From assembly GCF_009914755.1 (NCBI RefSeq), contig NC_060930.1: a stretch of 64,000 nucleotides of DNA, one strand, 5' to 3'. The stretch comes from the human T2T-CHM13v2.0 reference genome, Homo sapiens. Below the pieces are notes generated by a model. That model had not been told where the DNA came from. It searched no databases and saw only the letters and a program-made list of their open reading frames with translations. Position numbers and translations under genes: made by a program. This document shows, piece by piece, positions 43,698-57,600 of this stretch. The stretch's first letter is position 1; each line of letters begins with the position of its first letter.

Positions 43698-46600
43698 TTT
43701 TTTTTTTTTTTTTTTTAATCTCAATTTCTTTTAGTTCAGGTCTGTTTTTAGTTATTTCTTTTCTTCTGCTAGCTTTGGGTTAGGTTTGCTCTTGTTTTTT
43801 ATGTCCTCTAGGTGTGATATTAGCTTGTTAATTTTTGTTTTTGTTGTTCACCCAAAAGGTCATACACAAAATTAAGGAAGAAATCAAGAAATTCTTTGAA
43901 GCTAACAAGCAGGTTTTTAAATTTTCATTGAATTGTATGGTTTGTGATTTTCACTGAGAAACTGATTTCTATTTTTATTGTACTAGGGTCCAGGAATGTA
44001 TTAATAGTTGATATAAACCCAGGTTTTTGAATTTGCTGAGGTTTGTTTTATGGCCAGTTGTGTGGCTGATTTTATAGTATGTACCATGTACAGATAAGAA
44101 GAATGTATATTCTTTTGTTTTGGGGTGGAGAATTCTGTAGATGTCTATCAGGTCCATTTGATCAAGTGTTGAGTTCAGATCCTGAATATCTTTGTTAGTT
44201 TCTGCCTCATTGATGTGTTTAATACTGTCAGTGGGGTGTTGAGGTCTCATACTATTATTTTGTGATTATCTAAGACTCTTTGTAGATCTCTAAGAATTTG
44301 TTTTATCAATCTGGGTGCTCTTGTCTTGGGTGCATATATATTTAGCATAGTTAGGTCTTCTTGTTGAATTGAATCCTTTACCATTATGTAGTGTCCTTCT
44401 TCGTTCTATTTTATTATTTTTGGTTTAAAGTCCATTTTTCTTGAAGTTAGAATAGCAAACTCTGTCTTCTGTTTGCTTGGTAGATTTTTTTTTTCCATCC
44501 CTTTACTTTCAGCCTATGGGTGTCATTGCATGTGAGATGGGTTCCTTGAAGACAGCATACAATTGGTTTTGCTACTTTATTCAACTTGCCACTCTGTGCC
44601 TTTTAATTGAGGCATGGAGACCATTTACATTCAAAGTTAATATTGATATGTGCAGATTTGGTGCTGTCATTGTGTTGTTACCTGATTATTATGCAGACTT
44701 GATTGTGTGGTTTCTTTGTAGTGTCAATGGTCTATGTACTTAAGTGTGTTTTTGTGGCCAGTAACAATTTTTCCTTTCCATGTTTAGCACTGCCTTAAGT
44801 ACCTCTTGTAAGGCAGGTCTGGTGGTGACAAATTCCCTGAGCATTTGCTTGTCTGAAAAGGAGGTTATTTCTCCTTCACTTATGAAGCTTAGTTTGGTGG
44901 GAAATGGAAATCTTGATTGTCAGTTTTTTCTTTAAGAATGCTGAATACAGCCCCCCAATCTCTTCTGGCTTGTAGGGTTTCTGCTGAAAGTTCTGCTATT
45001 AGCCTGATGTGAGTCTCTTTATAGGTGACCTGCCCCTTCTCTCTAGCTGCCTTTAACAGTTTTTCTTTCATTTTGACCTTGGAGAACCTGATGACTATAT
45101 AGCTTGAGGACGGTCATCTTGTATAGTATCTTGCAGGGGTTCTCTGCTTTTCCTGAATTTGAATGTTGACCCCTCTAGTGAGGGAGGGGAAACTTTCATG
45201 GACAACATCCTCAGATATGTTTTCCAAGTTGCTTGCTTTCTCATCCTCTCTTTTAGGGACACCAGTGAGTTGTAAATTTGGTAGAATCCCATATTTCTTG
45301 GAGGCCTTGCTCATTCTTCCTTATTCTTTTTTTAAAAATTTTTGTCTGACTTATTTCAGAGAACTAGTCTTCAAACTCTAAAATTCTTTCCTTAGCTTGG
45401 TCAATTTGGCTGTTAGTACTTGTAATTGTATTCTGAAATTCTTGAAGTGATTTTTTCAGCTCTGTAAGATCAGTTTGGGTTTTTCTTAAAGTGGCCATTT
45501 CATCTTCCATTTTCTGTACCATTTCATTATATTTCTTAGATTCTTTTGATTGGGTTTTGACTTTCTTCTGAATCTCAATGATCTTTGTTTCTATCCATAT
45601 TCTGAATTCTATATCTGTCATTTCAGCCATTTCAGGCTAGTTAAGAACCATTACTGGAGAACTAGTGTGGTCATTTCGAGGTGAAAAGACATGCTGGCTT
45701 TTTGAGTTGCCAGAGTTCTTCTGCTGATTCTCTCTCATCTGTGTGGGCTATTTTTCCTGCAATCTTTGAAGTTTCTATGCTTTCTATGGTTTTTTTTTTC
45801 TTTTATCTTCTTTAATGCCCTTGGGGGTCTGATTGTGTTATAAGGTGGGTTCAGTCAACTGGATTTGTTTCTGGAAGATTTTGGGGGGCCAAGGCTCAGG
45901 CCAACACTCTTGGGCTGAATATTCTAACTCGGGTGGGGGGCTAGTATTTTCAGCTTTGTTCTCTGGTCCCTCAAGATTAGGAACCTGCTGTGCTGGAGGG
46001 GCCAATGTGTTCACTCTCTGCGTGTCACAACACTCTGATGGGTGGTGCTGACCAAAATGCTTCATCAGGGCAGTGGGAGTGGGATCCATAATTGTTTTCA
46101 TGTGTCAGCAGATGTAGCAGCACAGCAGAATGCACCTGCGCCTGCTCAGGTGGAGTATCAGTGGGAGTGAGATTGTGGCATTCCTGCATGTACTCATGCT
46201 GGTGGTGGTGGCAGCATGGTAGGGTGGGGCTTTGGCAGATGTGAGGCTGCTGGCTTCAGTGCATGTGTTCACATCAGCAGTGGTGGCTACAGGAGGGGGC
46301 AGGGCTGACAGTGTTCATGTGCATGATGGCAGCAGTGGTGGTGTCAGCATGGGGCAGGCAGAGTTGCTGGCATCCATGAGTATGTTTGCATTTGTGGCCG
46401 TAATGGCATGGGGGAGCAGGGTTGCTGGTATATATGCACACATTTACACTGGCAATGGGAGACTCAGCTGGGTGCCTCCATGTCAGTGGGAGGGGGTGGT
46501 GGGGGGTGCTCATGCTGGCAACAGTGGCACTGTGGGGTGTGTATGCACATGTGTACCAGCAGGAGAGGGTAGGTAAAATCCCCCTGCACACACACACTGG

Positions 46601-47418
46601 GAAAGCACTGGGGATTGGCCATGGGCGAGTGTGTACCAGCAAAATGGTGCAGGAGAAGTTGCCTTTGGGAGAGGGTGCAGGTAGGTTTGTGTGCATGGCA
46701 GGGGCCACTCTGCTGTAGCTCTCCAATGGTCAGGCATGGTCTACTGGTGAAGGAGCTATGATGAGGGCTCCTAGGAAAGCACGCTGGTTCAGCATCTGAG
46801 GCTGTACTGCAAGTTGGCATGGTCAAGCTGGGACCCTAGAAGAGGCCAACAGAGAGGGGTGTGCTCAGATTAGAGGCTGCCCTCATCTCACAGGCAAGAT
46901 CACCTTGCTCTGCCCAAGTCCAACAGTAACGCCAAGGCTAAAGTCTCCTAGAAGAGCATGGTGAGCCTTGGGAGGTAGGCATCCTTGACTGTGCTCCACT
47001 GCAGACATTCCTGCATCAATAACTCTGGGCTCTGCACAGGCTGGAGTCCTGCCCCTACTTCCGCTTTAAGGATCTCACCCTGCCAGCTCAAGTGTCCATG
47101 GGGGTTGTAGGGTCTCCTGCTTCCAGGATTCTGGAGGTCCACAGTGAAAGCAGGACACACCTCACCTGTTCAATTCACCCCTTCCCAGGAGTCACTATAT
47201 AGGGTTTGAGAATGAGTCCTGGTGCTTGGTAGCCCTATGCAGGTTTCCCAGCTTCCTCCCTTTTCAGTCTAGCATCTGCATCCTCCCTCTGTCTACTCTC
47301 AATGGCTTCCTTTTGAAGATCTGTTTGGAGCATTCCAGTCATCCCAATGTCCTAGTCTCTTGGTGGCAGATGTTTCTCCTGGCTGTGTCTTGATGGCCAT
47401 GTTGGCTGAAATCCCCTT
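43698..47418 (-). mobile_element. L1PA15/16 (L1P4-type) 5' half: 5'UTR with GTGGCA-rich repeats, ORF1 and the endonuclease part of ORF2
   Basis: ORF1 remnants at 44889-45630 (KEKLLKAAREKGQVTYK), endonuclease remnant at 43975-44250 (DLNSTLDQMDLIDIYRILHPK), terminus ggccatgttggc. Confidence 0.85.
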
Positions 47419-50395
47419 GGTGTGTACCTTAGTGGTATTTTTGAAGGAATAAATATTTTTATGTTGATGAAATCCTATTTATCAATTTGTTTTCTTTTTA
47501 TGCTTCTTGCTTTTTGTATCTTACATGAAATTTTTATCTACCACAAGGTCACAAAGATTTTTCTCATATATTTTCTAGGAGTTTTATCATTTTAGCTCTT
47601 ATATTTAGGCTTATTATCCCTTTTGAGTTGGTTTTTTAAATGATATGGATTAAATAGTGAAATTGGTGTGTGTGTGTTTATGTCTGTTCATGTATGGATA
47701 GCCAACTATAATAAAGATTCTTCTTTCTCACATTGAGTTACCTTGGCACTTTTGTGAAAAATCTATTGACCCTACAGATATTTATCTACTTCCAGACTTT
47801 ATTTAGTCCCACTGGTCTATGTGTCTAGCATTAGTCAATACCACAGTCTCTTACTTCCTGTAGCCTTATAGTAAGACTTGAAGTTAGGTAGTGTGAGTCT
47901 TCCAATTTCATTCTTTTATATAAATTTTGGAATTGACTTGCCATTTTCTACAAAATATTCTGCATTGATTCTACTGAACAGTTTGAAGAGAACTTACATC
48001 TAAATAATCTCAAGTTTTCCAATCCATGAGTATATTATATCTCTGCATTTATTTAGGTCTTGAAAATTTTCCTTTAGCAATTACGAGTTTCAGCATACAT
48101 GTTTGCATGTATTTTGGTAAATAAAATTTCTAAATATTCATGATAATGGGTACTGTAGTAGTAAATAGTAATTTTTAAAATTTCATTTTGTAATTGCTGG
48201 TTGTCAGTACATAGGATTACAAGTGATTTTTGTGTGTTGATTTTGTATCACACAGCCTTAATAAATTTACTTATTAGTTCTAGGGGATTTTTAAAAATAA
48301 AATTTTGAGGGTTTTTCTGTAGAAACATTTGGGTCATTTGTGAATGAAGATAATCTTGCATCTTTCTTTCCAATTTGTAGGTTGTTTATTTCATTTTCTG
48401 ACTTTGTCTCATTGGTTAAGACTTCCAGTAGTGAATGTTGAACAGATGTGGTAAGACCAAATACTTTTGACCTGTTCCTGGTAATAGAAAGAAAACATTC
48501 ATCTTTTTGCTGATGAGTATGATTTAACTGAAGGTTTTTCGTAGATGCCATTTATTAACTTGAGTAGTAATTTACAGAGAGTTTGTAAATCATAAATGGA
48601 TGTTGAATTTTATCAAATGCTTTTTCTGCATCTATTGAGATGATTATCTAGTTTTATTCTTTAGATATGCCCTTGGATTACATTTAACAAAATATTGTTA
48701 AAGATTTTTCATCTATGTTCATTAGGGAGAGTAGTCTGAAGTTTTCTTTTTTTGAACATATTACTATATTGGTGACAGAGTAATACTGGCCTCACCAAAT
48801 GAAACTGTTTCCTCTTTTGTTTTCTGGAAGTTTGCACGGAATTGGTATTAATTCTTCTGTAAACGTTTTCTACAATTCCACAGTTAAATCACGTGGGTCC
48901 AATGTTTTATTTTCTGAAATGTTATGAACTAACAATTCAATTTCTTTAAAAGACATACAGCTACACAAGTTATTGATTATTTTCTCAAGTGAGCTTTGGT
49001 AGATTGTGTCTTTTAAGAACTTTTGTCAAATTGGTTTGATATTGTTCATATTATTCTTTTAATACCATTTCCATGTTTGTTGGATCTGTAGTAATATCTT
49101 TTCCTTCTTTTACAATAATGGTAGTTTGTGTCATTTTTTTCCCTGATTTGCATTGCTTGAGGGCTATTAATTTTATTGACATTTCAAAGAACCGGTTTTT
49201 TATTTCTTTGGTTTTGTTTACTTTTTCTATCATTTTTCCATATTTTAAATTTTTTCTTTTATTTTTAATCATTTCCTTTCTTCTGCTTTCCTTTGTAAAA
49301 ACTTATTTTTCTTTTTCTGGTTTCTTACAATAGAAACTAAACTTGCTGATTTGAGAAATCTCATCTCTTCTAATATAAGCTTCTAATGCTATAAATTTCC
49401 CTCTGCTGAGAATGAATGCTGTTGCTTTATCTACATCCCACAAAATGTTGCATGTATTTTTAATTTGCACTGAGGTCAAGATATATTCACATTTATCTTA
49501 TGATATTTTTATTGGCTCATGAGGTATTAGAAGCATTTATTTTTATATTACCACATATTTGTAGATTTCTTCCAGTTATATTTCTATTATTCACTTTTAT
49601 AATTCCATTGTAGTCACAGAATGTAATTTACATAACTTCAATTATGTTAAATGTATTGATAATTGCCTCATGAACCCAAATATATATTGTGAATTTCCAT
49701 TTGCACATATGTATTCTCCTGTTTGGTGGCATGCGTATAAATATCCTGTAAGCTAAGTAGTTCTATAATGCTTTTCTAGTATCTTCAATTATTACTGAGT
49801 TTTTGTTTACTTCTATTGATTATTGGGAGCAAAATATTGATCTCACAATGATATTTGTGAATTTGCCTATTTTTCCTTAAATTTGCTTCTTTTTTGTATT
49901 TAGAAACTGTTCAAAATTATCATGTTCCCTTCATTATTATAAATTATTTCTCTTTATTCCTAGTGATTCCTTTGTTCTGAAATTTTTGTTTGATACTAAT
50001 TTAGCCATTCAATTTTCTTTTGATTAGTGTTTGTATTGTATAGTATACCTTTTCCCCTGCATTTAATTTTAACTTATATATGTATACTAAAGTAGGCTTT
50101 TATAAACAGCATATGGTTGAGTCTTGCTCTTTAAATCCAATCTTACACATTTGTCTTTCAACTGGCATATTTGGACCATATTTAATGCATTTATCAAGAT
50201 AATTGGATTTAATCCATTTTACCGTTTGTCCTTTTTTCTACGTTTGCTGTCTTCTAGTGGATTATTTTTATGAATTTTGTAAATATCCAGATTTTGCTCA
50301 TTAGATATATTTCTGCCTGAATAACTAAAACATATATCTTTACTATACTTCTGGAAATTAATTATGTCCATTTTTGTTTGTATGGAAAAAAAGCC

Positions 50396-50782
50396 TTTTT
50401 ATTTTTTTGAGACAGAGTCTCGCTCTGTCACTCAGGCTGGAGGGCAGTACGGTGGCGTGATCTCGGCTGACTGAAACCTCCACCTCTTGGGTTCAAGTGA
50501 TTCTCTTGCCTCAGCCTCTTGAGTAGCTGGGATTACAGGTGCGTGCCACCAGGCCCGGCTAATTTTTGTATTTTTAGTAGAGACGGGGTTTTGTCATATT
50601 GGCCAGGCTGGTCTCGAATTCGTGACCTCAGGTGATCCACCCGCCTAGGCCTCCCAAAGTGCTGGGATTATGGGGTTTTACCATGTTGACCAGGCTGATC
50701 TTGAACTCCTGACCTCAAGTGATTGGCCTGCCTTGGACTCCCAAAGTGCTGGAATTACAGGTGGGAACCACTGTGACTGGCC
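50396..50782 (-). mobile_element. AluS with an extra partial left arm
   Basis: Left-arm segment present twice (50585-50670 and 50672-50782) within one TSD pair aaagc(c)ttttt. Confidence 0.9.
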
Positions 50783-51271
50783 GTAAAGCTTTTATTTTGT
50801 TATTAATTTTGGATAATGTACTTGCTAGATATGGGATTCTATATTGACAGCTTATTTTTCCCCTTTAAGTATTTTAATATTGTCACTCCATTGTGCCCTT
50901 GGCAGTGTTGTTTTTGTGAGAGGTCTGTTGTCATTATTACATTTGTTCCTCTGTACATAATGTGTCTCTTCTTCTCTGGCTGCTCTTAAGATTTTCCCTT
51001 CATCATTTTTTCTTTTTTTTGGCAATTTGATTATTAAGTTCTTTGGTATAGTAATTTTCATATTTCTTCTTGGTGTTTGTTGATTCTTGGATTTGTATAA
51101 TTTATAGTTATCAACTTTGAAAAAATTTTGGTCATTAGTTCTTAAAATAGTTTTCAAAGACTCCACCTCTGTTTCTAGTACACTATTTATATGTATGTTC
51201 ATCTGCTTGATATTGTCCCTAAGTTACTAAAGCACTTTAAAAAATATTTTTAATTTTTTGGGGTATATTGT

Positions 51272-51275
<4 letters not shown>

Positions 51276-51323
<48 letters not shown>
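51276..51323. repeat. (TA)n microsatellite, about 24 units
   Basis: Perfect AT run inside the L1MA2 3' end. Confidence 0.97.
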
Positions 51324-51327
<4 letters not shown>

Positions 51328-52057
51328 GGGGTCCATAAGATGTTTTGATATAGGCATGCAATGCCTAATAATCAGTTCATGGAGAATCCCTTCAAGCATT
51401 TATCCTTTGTGTTACAAACAATCCAATTATACTGTTTTAGTTATTTTTAAATGTACAATTAAATTATTATTGACTATAGTCACTCTGTTGTGTTATCGAA
51501 GAGTGAGTTTTATTCATTCTTCCTATTTTTTTTGGTATCCATTAACCATCCCCACCTCCCCACACGGCACCTAACCCAACCTTTCCCAGCCTCTGGTAAC
51601 CATCCTTCTACTCTCTATGTCCATAAGTTCAATTGTTTTGATTTTTAGATCTCACAAATAAATGAGAACATACAATATTTGTCTTTCTGTGCCTGGCTTA
51701 TTTCACTTAACATAGTGAACTCCAGTTCCATCCATGTTGTTGCAAATAATTGGATCTCATTGATTTTTATGGCTGAACAGTACTCCTGTATATGTACCAC
51801 ATTTTCTGTATCCCTTCATCTGTTGATGGACACTTAAGTTGCTTCCAAATCTTGGCTACTGTGAACAGTGCTGCAACCAACATGGGAGTTCAGATATCTC
51901 TTTGATATACTGATTTATTTTCTTTTGGGTATATATCTAGCAGCGGAATTGCTGGATTATATGGTAGCTCAACTTTTAGTTTTCTGAGGAACCTCCAAAC
52001 TGTTTCCCATAGTGGTTGTACAAATATACATACCCATCAACAGTGTATAAGGGTTCC

Positions 52058-52792
52058 TGTATTAGTCCATTTTCATGCACCTGAGACTGGGCAACTTACA
52101 AAAAAAGAGGTTTAATGGACTTGCAGTTCCATATGGCTGGGGAGGCCTCAAAATCATGGCGGAAGGCAAGGAGGAGCAAATCTCATCTTATGTGGATGGT
52201 GGCAGGCAGAAAGCTTGTACAGGGAAACTCCTTCTTATAAAACCATCAGGTTTTGTGAGACTTATTCACTATCACAAAACAGCATGGGAAAGACGTGCCC
52301 CCGTGATTCAATTACCTCCCACTGGGTCCCTCCCACAACATATGGGAATTCAAGGTGAGATTTGGGTGGGACACAGCCAAACCATATCATTCCACCCTGG
52401 CCCCTCCAAATCTCATGTCCTCATATTTCAAAACCAATCATGCCTTCCCAACAGGCCCTCAAAGTCTTAACTCATTTCAGCATTAACTCAAAAGTCTACA
52501 TTCCAGAGTCTCATCTGAGACAAGGGAATTCCTTTCTGCTTCTGAGCCTGTAAAATCAAATGCAAGTCAGTTATTTCCTAGATGCAATGGGGGTACAGGC
52601 ATTGGGTAAATATAGTCATTTCAAATGTGTGAAATTGGCCAAAACAAAGGGGTTACAGGTCCCATGAAAGTCCAAAATCCAACAGGGCAGTCAAATCTTA
52701 AAGCTCCAAAATGATCTCCTTTGACTCCATGTCTCACATCCAGGTCATGCTGATGCAAGAGGTGGGTTCCCATGGTTTTGGGCAGCTCTGCC
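52058..52792 (-). mobile_element. THE1A/B 3' LTR (52058-52389) plus truncated THE1-int
   Basis: LTR tgtattagtcc..cagccaaaccatatca. Adjacent polypurine tract reads ttccaccctggcccctcc on +, followed by internal sequence. Confidence 0.93.
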
Positions 52793-53379
52793 TTGGGTAG
52801 TATGGACATTTTAACAATATTAATCCTTCCAATCCATGAACATAGAACATTTTTCCATTTTTTTGGTATAATCTTCAATTTCTTTCATCAGTGTTTTATG
52901 GTTTTCATTATAGAGATCCTTAATTTCTTTGGTTAATTCCTAGGTATTTAATTTTATTTGTAACTATTGTATATGGGATTACTTTCTTGATAACCTTTTT
53001 CAGATTGTTCACTGTTGGCATATAGAAATGCTAATGATTTTTATGTTGATTTTGTATCCAGAAACTTTATTAAATCTATCCGTTCTAATAGTTTTTAGAT
53101 GGAATCTTTAGGCTTTTCCCAACATAAGATCTTATTATTAAAGCTCTTTTTAATGGCTTTTTAATTTTTTATTTATTTTAGATACTTTCTATTGCTACAT
53201 CTTTCAAATTACTAATCATTTCTTTTACAGTATTTATGGTTAATCCTATTTTGTGTCTTAACAATTTGAAATCTATTTTTTCACCTCTCGAAGTTTTAGC
53301 TTTATTTTTAAAAATCTCCATTTTGCACCTCATCACTTTCATGCTTTCCTCCTCTTTCTTTAATATATGGAATAACATA

Positions 53380-53461
53380 CATGGATGGATATACATATCT
53401 ATGTGTGTGTATATATATATGTATGGATATATGGATATACATATATATGTGTGCGTGTGTG
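53380..53461. repeat. Compound (TA)/(TG) low-complexity repeat
   Basis: atatacatatctatgtgtgtgtatatatatatgtatgg.. Confidence 0.85.
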
Positions 53462-53467
53462 TTTTAA

Positions 53468-53780
<313 letters not shown>

Positions 53781-54740
53781 CTTCCTGATCTATTAATTTT
53801 ATTATCTATGTCACATCTATGTATATTTTTGTTGATTGTTTTTTACTTTTTGCCTCCTGATTATGGTTACATTTCCTACCTTTTTTTCAGGTCTGGTAAT
53901 TTTTGATTGATTATCCAACCTTGTGAATATTATGTTGATGGATGTTGCATGATTTTTTTTTGTTTGTTTTGAACTTGTCCTGGTGAACATTTGCTTGGGA
54001 TCAGCTAACTTTAGCCTTCCTTTTAAGATTCTTGAAAGGGTGAGGTGTGATCTAGAATAGCCATTAATCTAAAGTCATTATGGTCCCACTACTAAGATAA
54101 TCTCCTTCCAAGAACTCTACCCAGTGCTTTATGACTTTCTACTTTGGATGGTGGAAATACAAAATATGCCCAGTTTTGTGGGAGCCCTAAATGTTGCTGT
54201 TTTCCCATAGTTTTTTCTTCAGACTTGGGTAGTTTCTGCTCATTTATATGCAGATCAGTACTCAGACTTGAAGCATTCCCTAGTTGAGTATCACTTTACA
54301 GTTCTCTGAAGGGATCTTCTGCAGGTCTTTGGGACACTTTATCTGTGTCCCTCCTCTCTGATATTCTTCCCAATAAATTTCAATGATTTTGGCTTCTTTG
54401 AACTGTAGGTAGTGATGTAAAATGTAAAATTCACTTAACTTGTTTCTTTTCCTGAGTGATTATAGTCTTGATATGTGTGCTGGAATATTTCAAAATTTTT
54501 GCTTATTGAAGATAGAAGGGTAAACCCGGTCCCTGTGAATCCGTCATGGTCACAAACAATTCATGACTATCTTTGAAGGACTCATCAAGTCAAACAAATA
54601 TAATATTTACATTTATGAAGCTGTTTCCCAAAGATGAATCTCAATCCATGACCTCTAAATTAGGCATATTGCCATTCCAGATAAATTTCTTTCTTTCATG
54701 TCAATGTTGATATTTCTAGTACTTGATATGCTTCTCAACT

Positions 54741-55471
<731 letters not shown>

Positions 55472-56084
55472 CAATCCAATTCTCTTTTCTTCTTTCTAGT
55501 TTCTGCAAATGGCACTATTATATTTTATCAGATACTCGGGCTTTTAGCTTTGAAGTTATTTTTGAATCCTTACATTTCTTCCTTGTCCATATCTAATCCT
55601 CTAAGAAGTCCTGCAAATGCTTTTAACATTTTACATCTGCCTTGCCGTCCCAATATCCATTGCCACGACTGTATTCAAGATCTTTCCTGTCTCATATCTT
55701 TACTATGCAAGCATTTTGTAACTGGAGCCCTACTCTAGTTTCTCACTACACCAATTCAATTTGCATTAAATATCAGTCATTGCCTCCATATGCTTACAAA
55801 AGAAAGTGCAAAATACTTATATTGAAATATTTGACATTAATAATCTAACTCTGACCAAATTTTCATAACCGCTATTCGTCTCCTAGCCAACACAATTCTC
55901 ATGACATTATAGTGCATAGTTTCTCTGTCTTGTGAACATATCGTACTAATTTAGGTTCCATGGCTTTTCTCATAGTATCCTTACTACTTTGAGTTTCAAT
56001 ACCCATTTCTCTTCGTTTCTCTTAATCTCTCCCATTACTGTAAATTTTAGTTTAATTTCCACTTATTATGGAAATATTCTTATA

Positions 56085-56421
56085 CAGTCATGCTTCACTT
56101 AATATCAGGTATACATTCTGAGAAATAAATCACTAGGCGATTTTATCATTGTGCAAACATCTAGCATGTACTTACACAAACCTAGATGATACAGCCTCCT
56201 ATACACCTAGGCTATATAGTAGAGCCTAGTGCTCCTAAGCTACAGACTCATACAACATGTTACTGTACTGAGTACTGTAGGCAATTGTGACACAATAATA
56301 GATATTTGTATATCTAAACATAGAAAATATACAGTAAAAATATGGTATTATAATCTTGTGAAACTACTATCATATATGCGGTGCATCATTGACTGAAACA
56401 TTATTGTGTGGCACAGGACTG
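56085..56421 (+). mobile_element. Tigger3a (MER7A/Golem) MITE
   Basis: TIRs cagtcatgc.. / ..gcacaggactg, TA flanks, internal acttacacaaacctagatg..acacctaggctata. Confidence 0.9.
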
Positions 56422-56954
56422 TATTGATTTTTCTCTAAGATTTGGACAGACTTTTTTTCACTACTGAAATCAACATTCAATCACATGATGATTTAGAATA
56501 TTAGTCATTGATTTGATATGATTTTCCATATATTCCCAGTCATTATACTCAACCAGTCACATTCATGCTGCTACCTAACAGCATGTACAGCAGACCACAG
56601 GCCAAGCTCTGATCTTCCAGCTTCTATCCTTGACTTAACCTCACTTTTCCCTTTATCCTATGTTGCTTTTCAGTCTTACCTTTTTAATTAGGCTCTTTAT
56701 TTGTTATGGAGGCAAATAGATCAACCTGAAAAAGAGAGGAAAAAAAATAGAAGAAAAGGGAACTTTTATTTCCTTGTAATAAGAAAGTAATGTGATTATA
56801 TATATATTTATATATGTAGTTGGTATAATACTATGAATAAAATTTTAAAATGAATTTCAAGCCTTTCTTAGGCTATAGTACTGATTTGAATACGTATATA
56901 TACTCCCAAGGAGCCTATTGTTCAGCTCTTTCTTCTTGGAAGATGTATAGATAT

Positions 56955-57140
56955 AGTGATTAAGAGCTAAAGTGTGTTCACAAACTTGTCTAGGTTCAGA
57001 TCTCATCTCCAAAGCTTATGAGATGTGTGACTGTAGGCACTTTGTTCTTTGGCTTCTTTATGTCTAAGATAGGGATAATATTAATCCTTACTTTAAAAGT
57101 TGTTGTGAGCCGTAAGTGAGATAATCCCTGTGTCAAGTGG
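56955..57140 (+). mobile_element. MIR
   Basis: tagtgattaagagc..taggttcagatctc..tgtgtgactgtaggca..gggataata..gttgttgtgag. Confidence 0.75.
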
Positions 57141-57498
57141 GCTGGTGGAAGGAGAACGTTACATTTTGGTGACATTTTCAATATGTTCTTATTTGGCAAA
57201 ATGAAAATTTTTTGATGGAGATGGAAAGAGCTTGGTTTTGTTGATTCAGAATAGGATCCAATTCTGGCCCCCATTCAAAATTTTTGACTTTTGAAAATAA
57301 CAGCTGAGTAAAGCATCACAAATTCACTGTAACTAAGAGTTAGTTTATATAACTTAGTCGAGTTTTTGACTTAGCTTTGCCCCTTTGTTCTTTTTGCTTC
57401 CCACTCACTGTTCTCTGACTTCCCTTGGGATGATCTTATCAATTGTCCAGTACCATAAACTCCAGCAAATTTCAAATCCCCAATGTGCCTCTCATAAA

Positions 57499-57600
57499 GA
57501 CACACACGTGCACGCACACACACACGCACAATGTATGTATATATACGTATACATTCATATGTATACATAGATATATGGAAAGAAAGAGAGAGAAGAGAGA
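57499..57600. repeat. Compound (CA)/(TA)/(GA) low-complexity repeat
   Basis: acacacacgtgcacgcacacacac..tatatatacgtatac..gagagagaag. Confidence 0.85.

Larger units (their letters stand above)
51239..53134 (-). mobile_element. L1MA2-like 3' fragment
   Basis: caagcatttatcctttgtgttacaaacaatccaattatac. TSD ttactaaagcacttt (51224-51238) / ttattaaagctcttt (53135-53149). Confidence 0.85.

Noticed and set aside
46100-46830. GC-rich stretch with overlapping long ORFs and GTGGCA-like periodicity
   Set aside because: Degenerate tandem-repeat region within the L1PA15/16 5'UTR.
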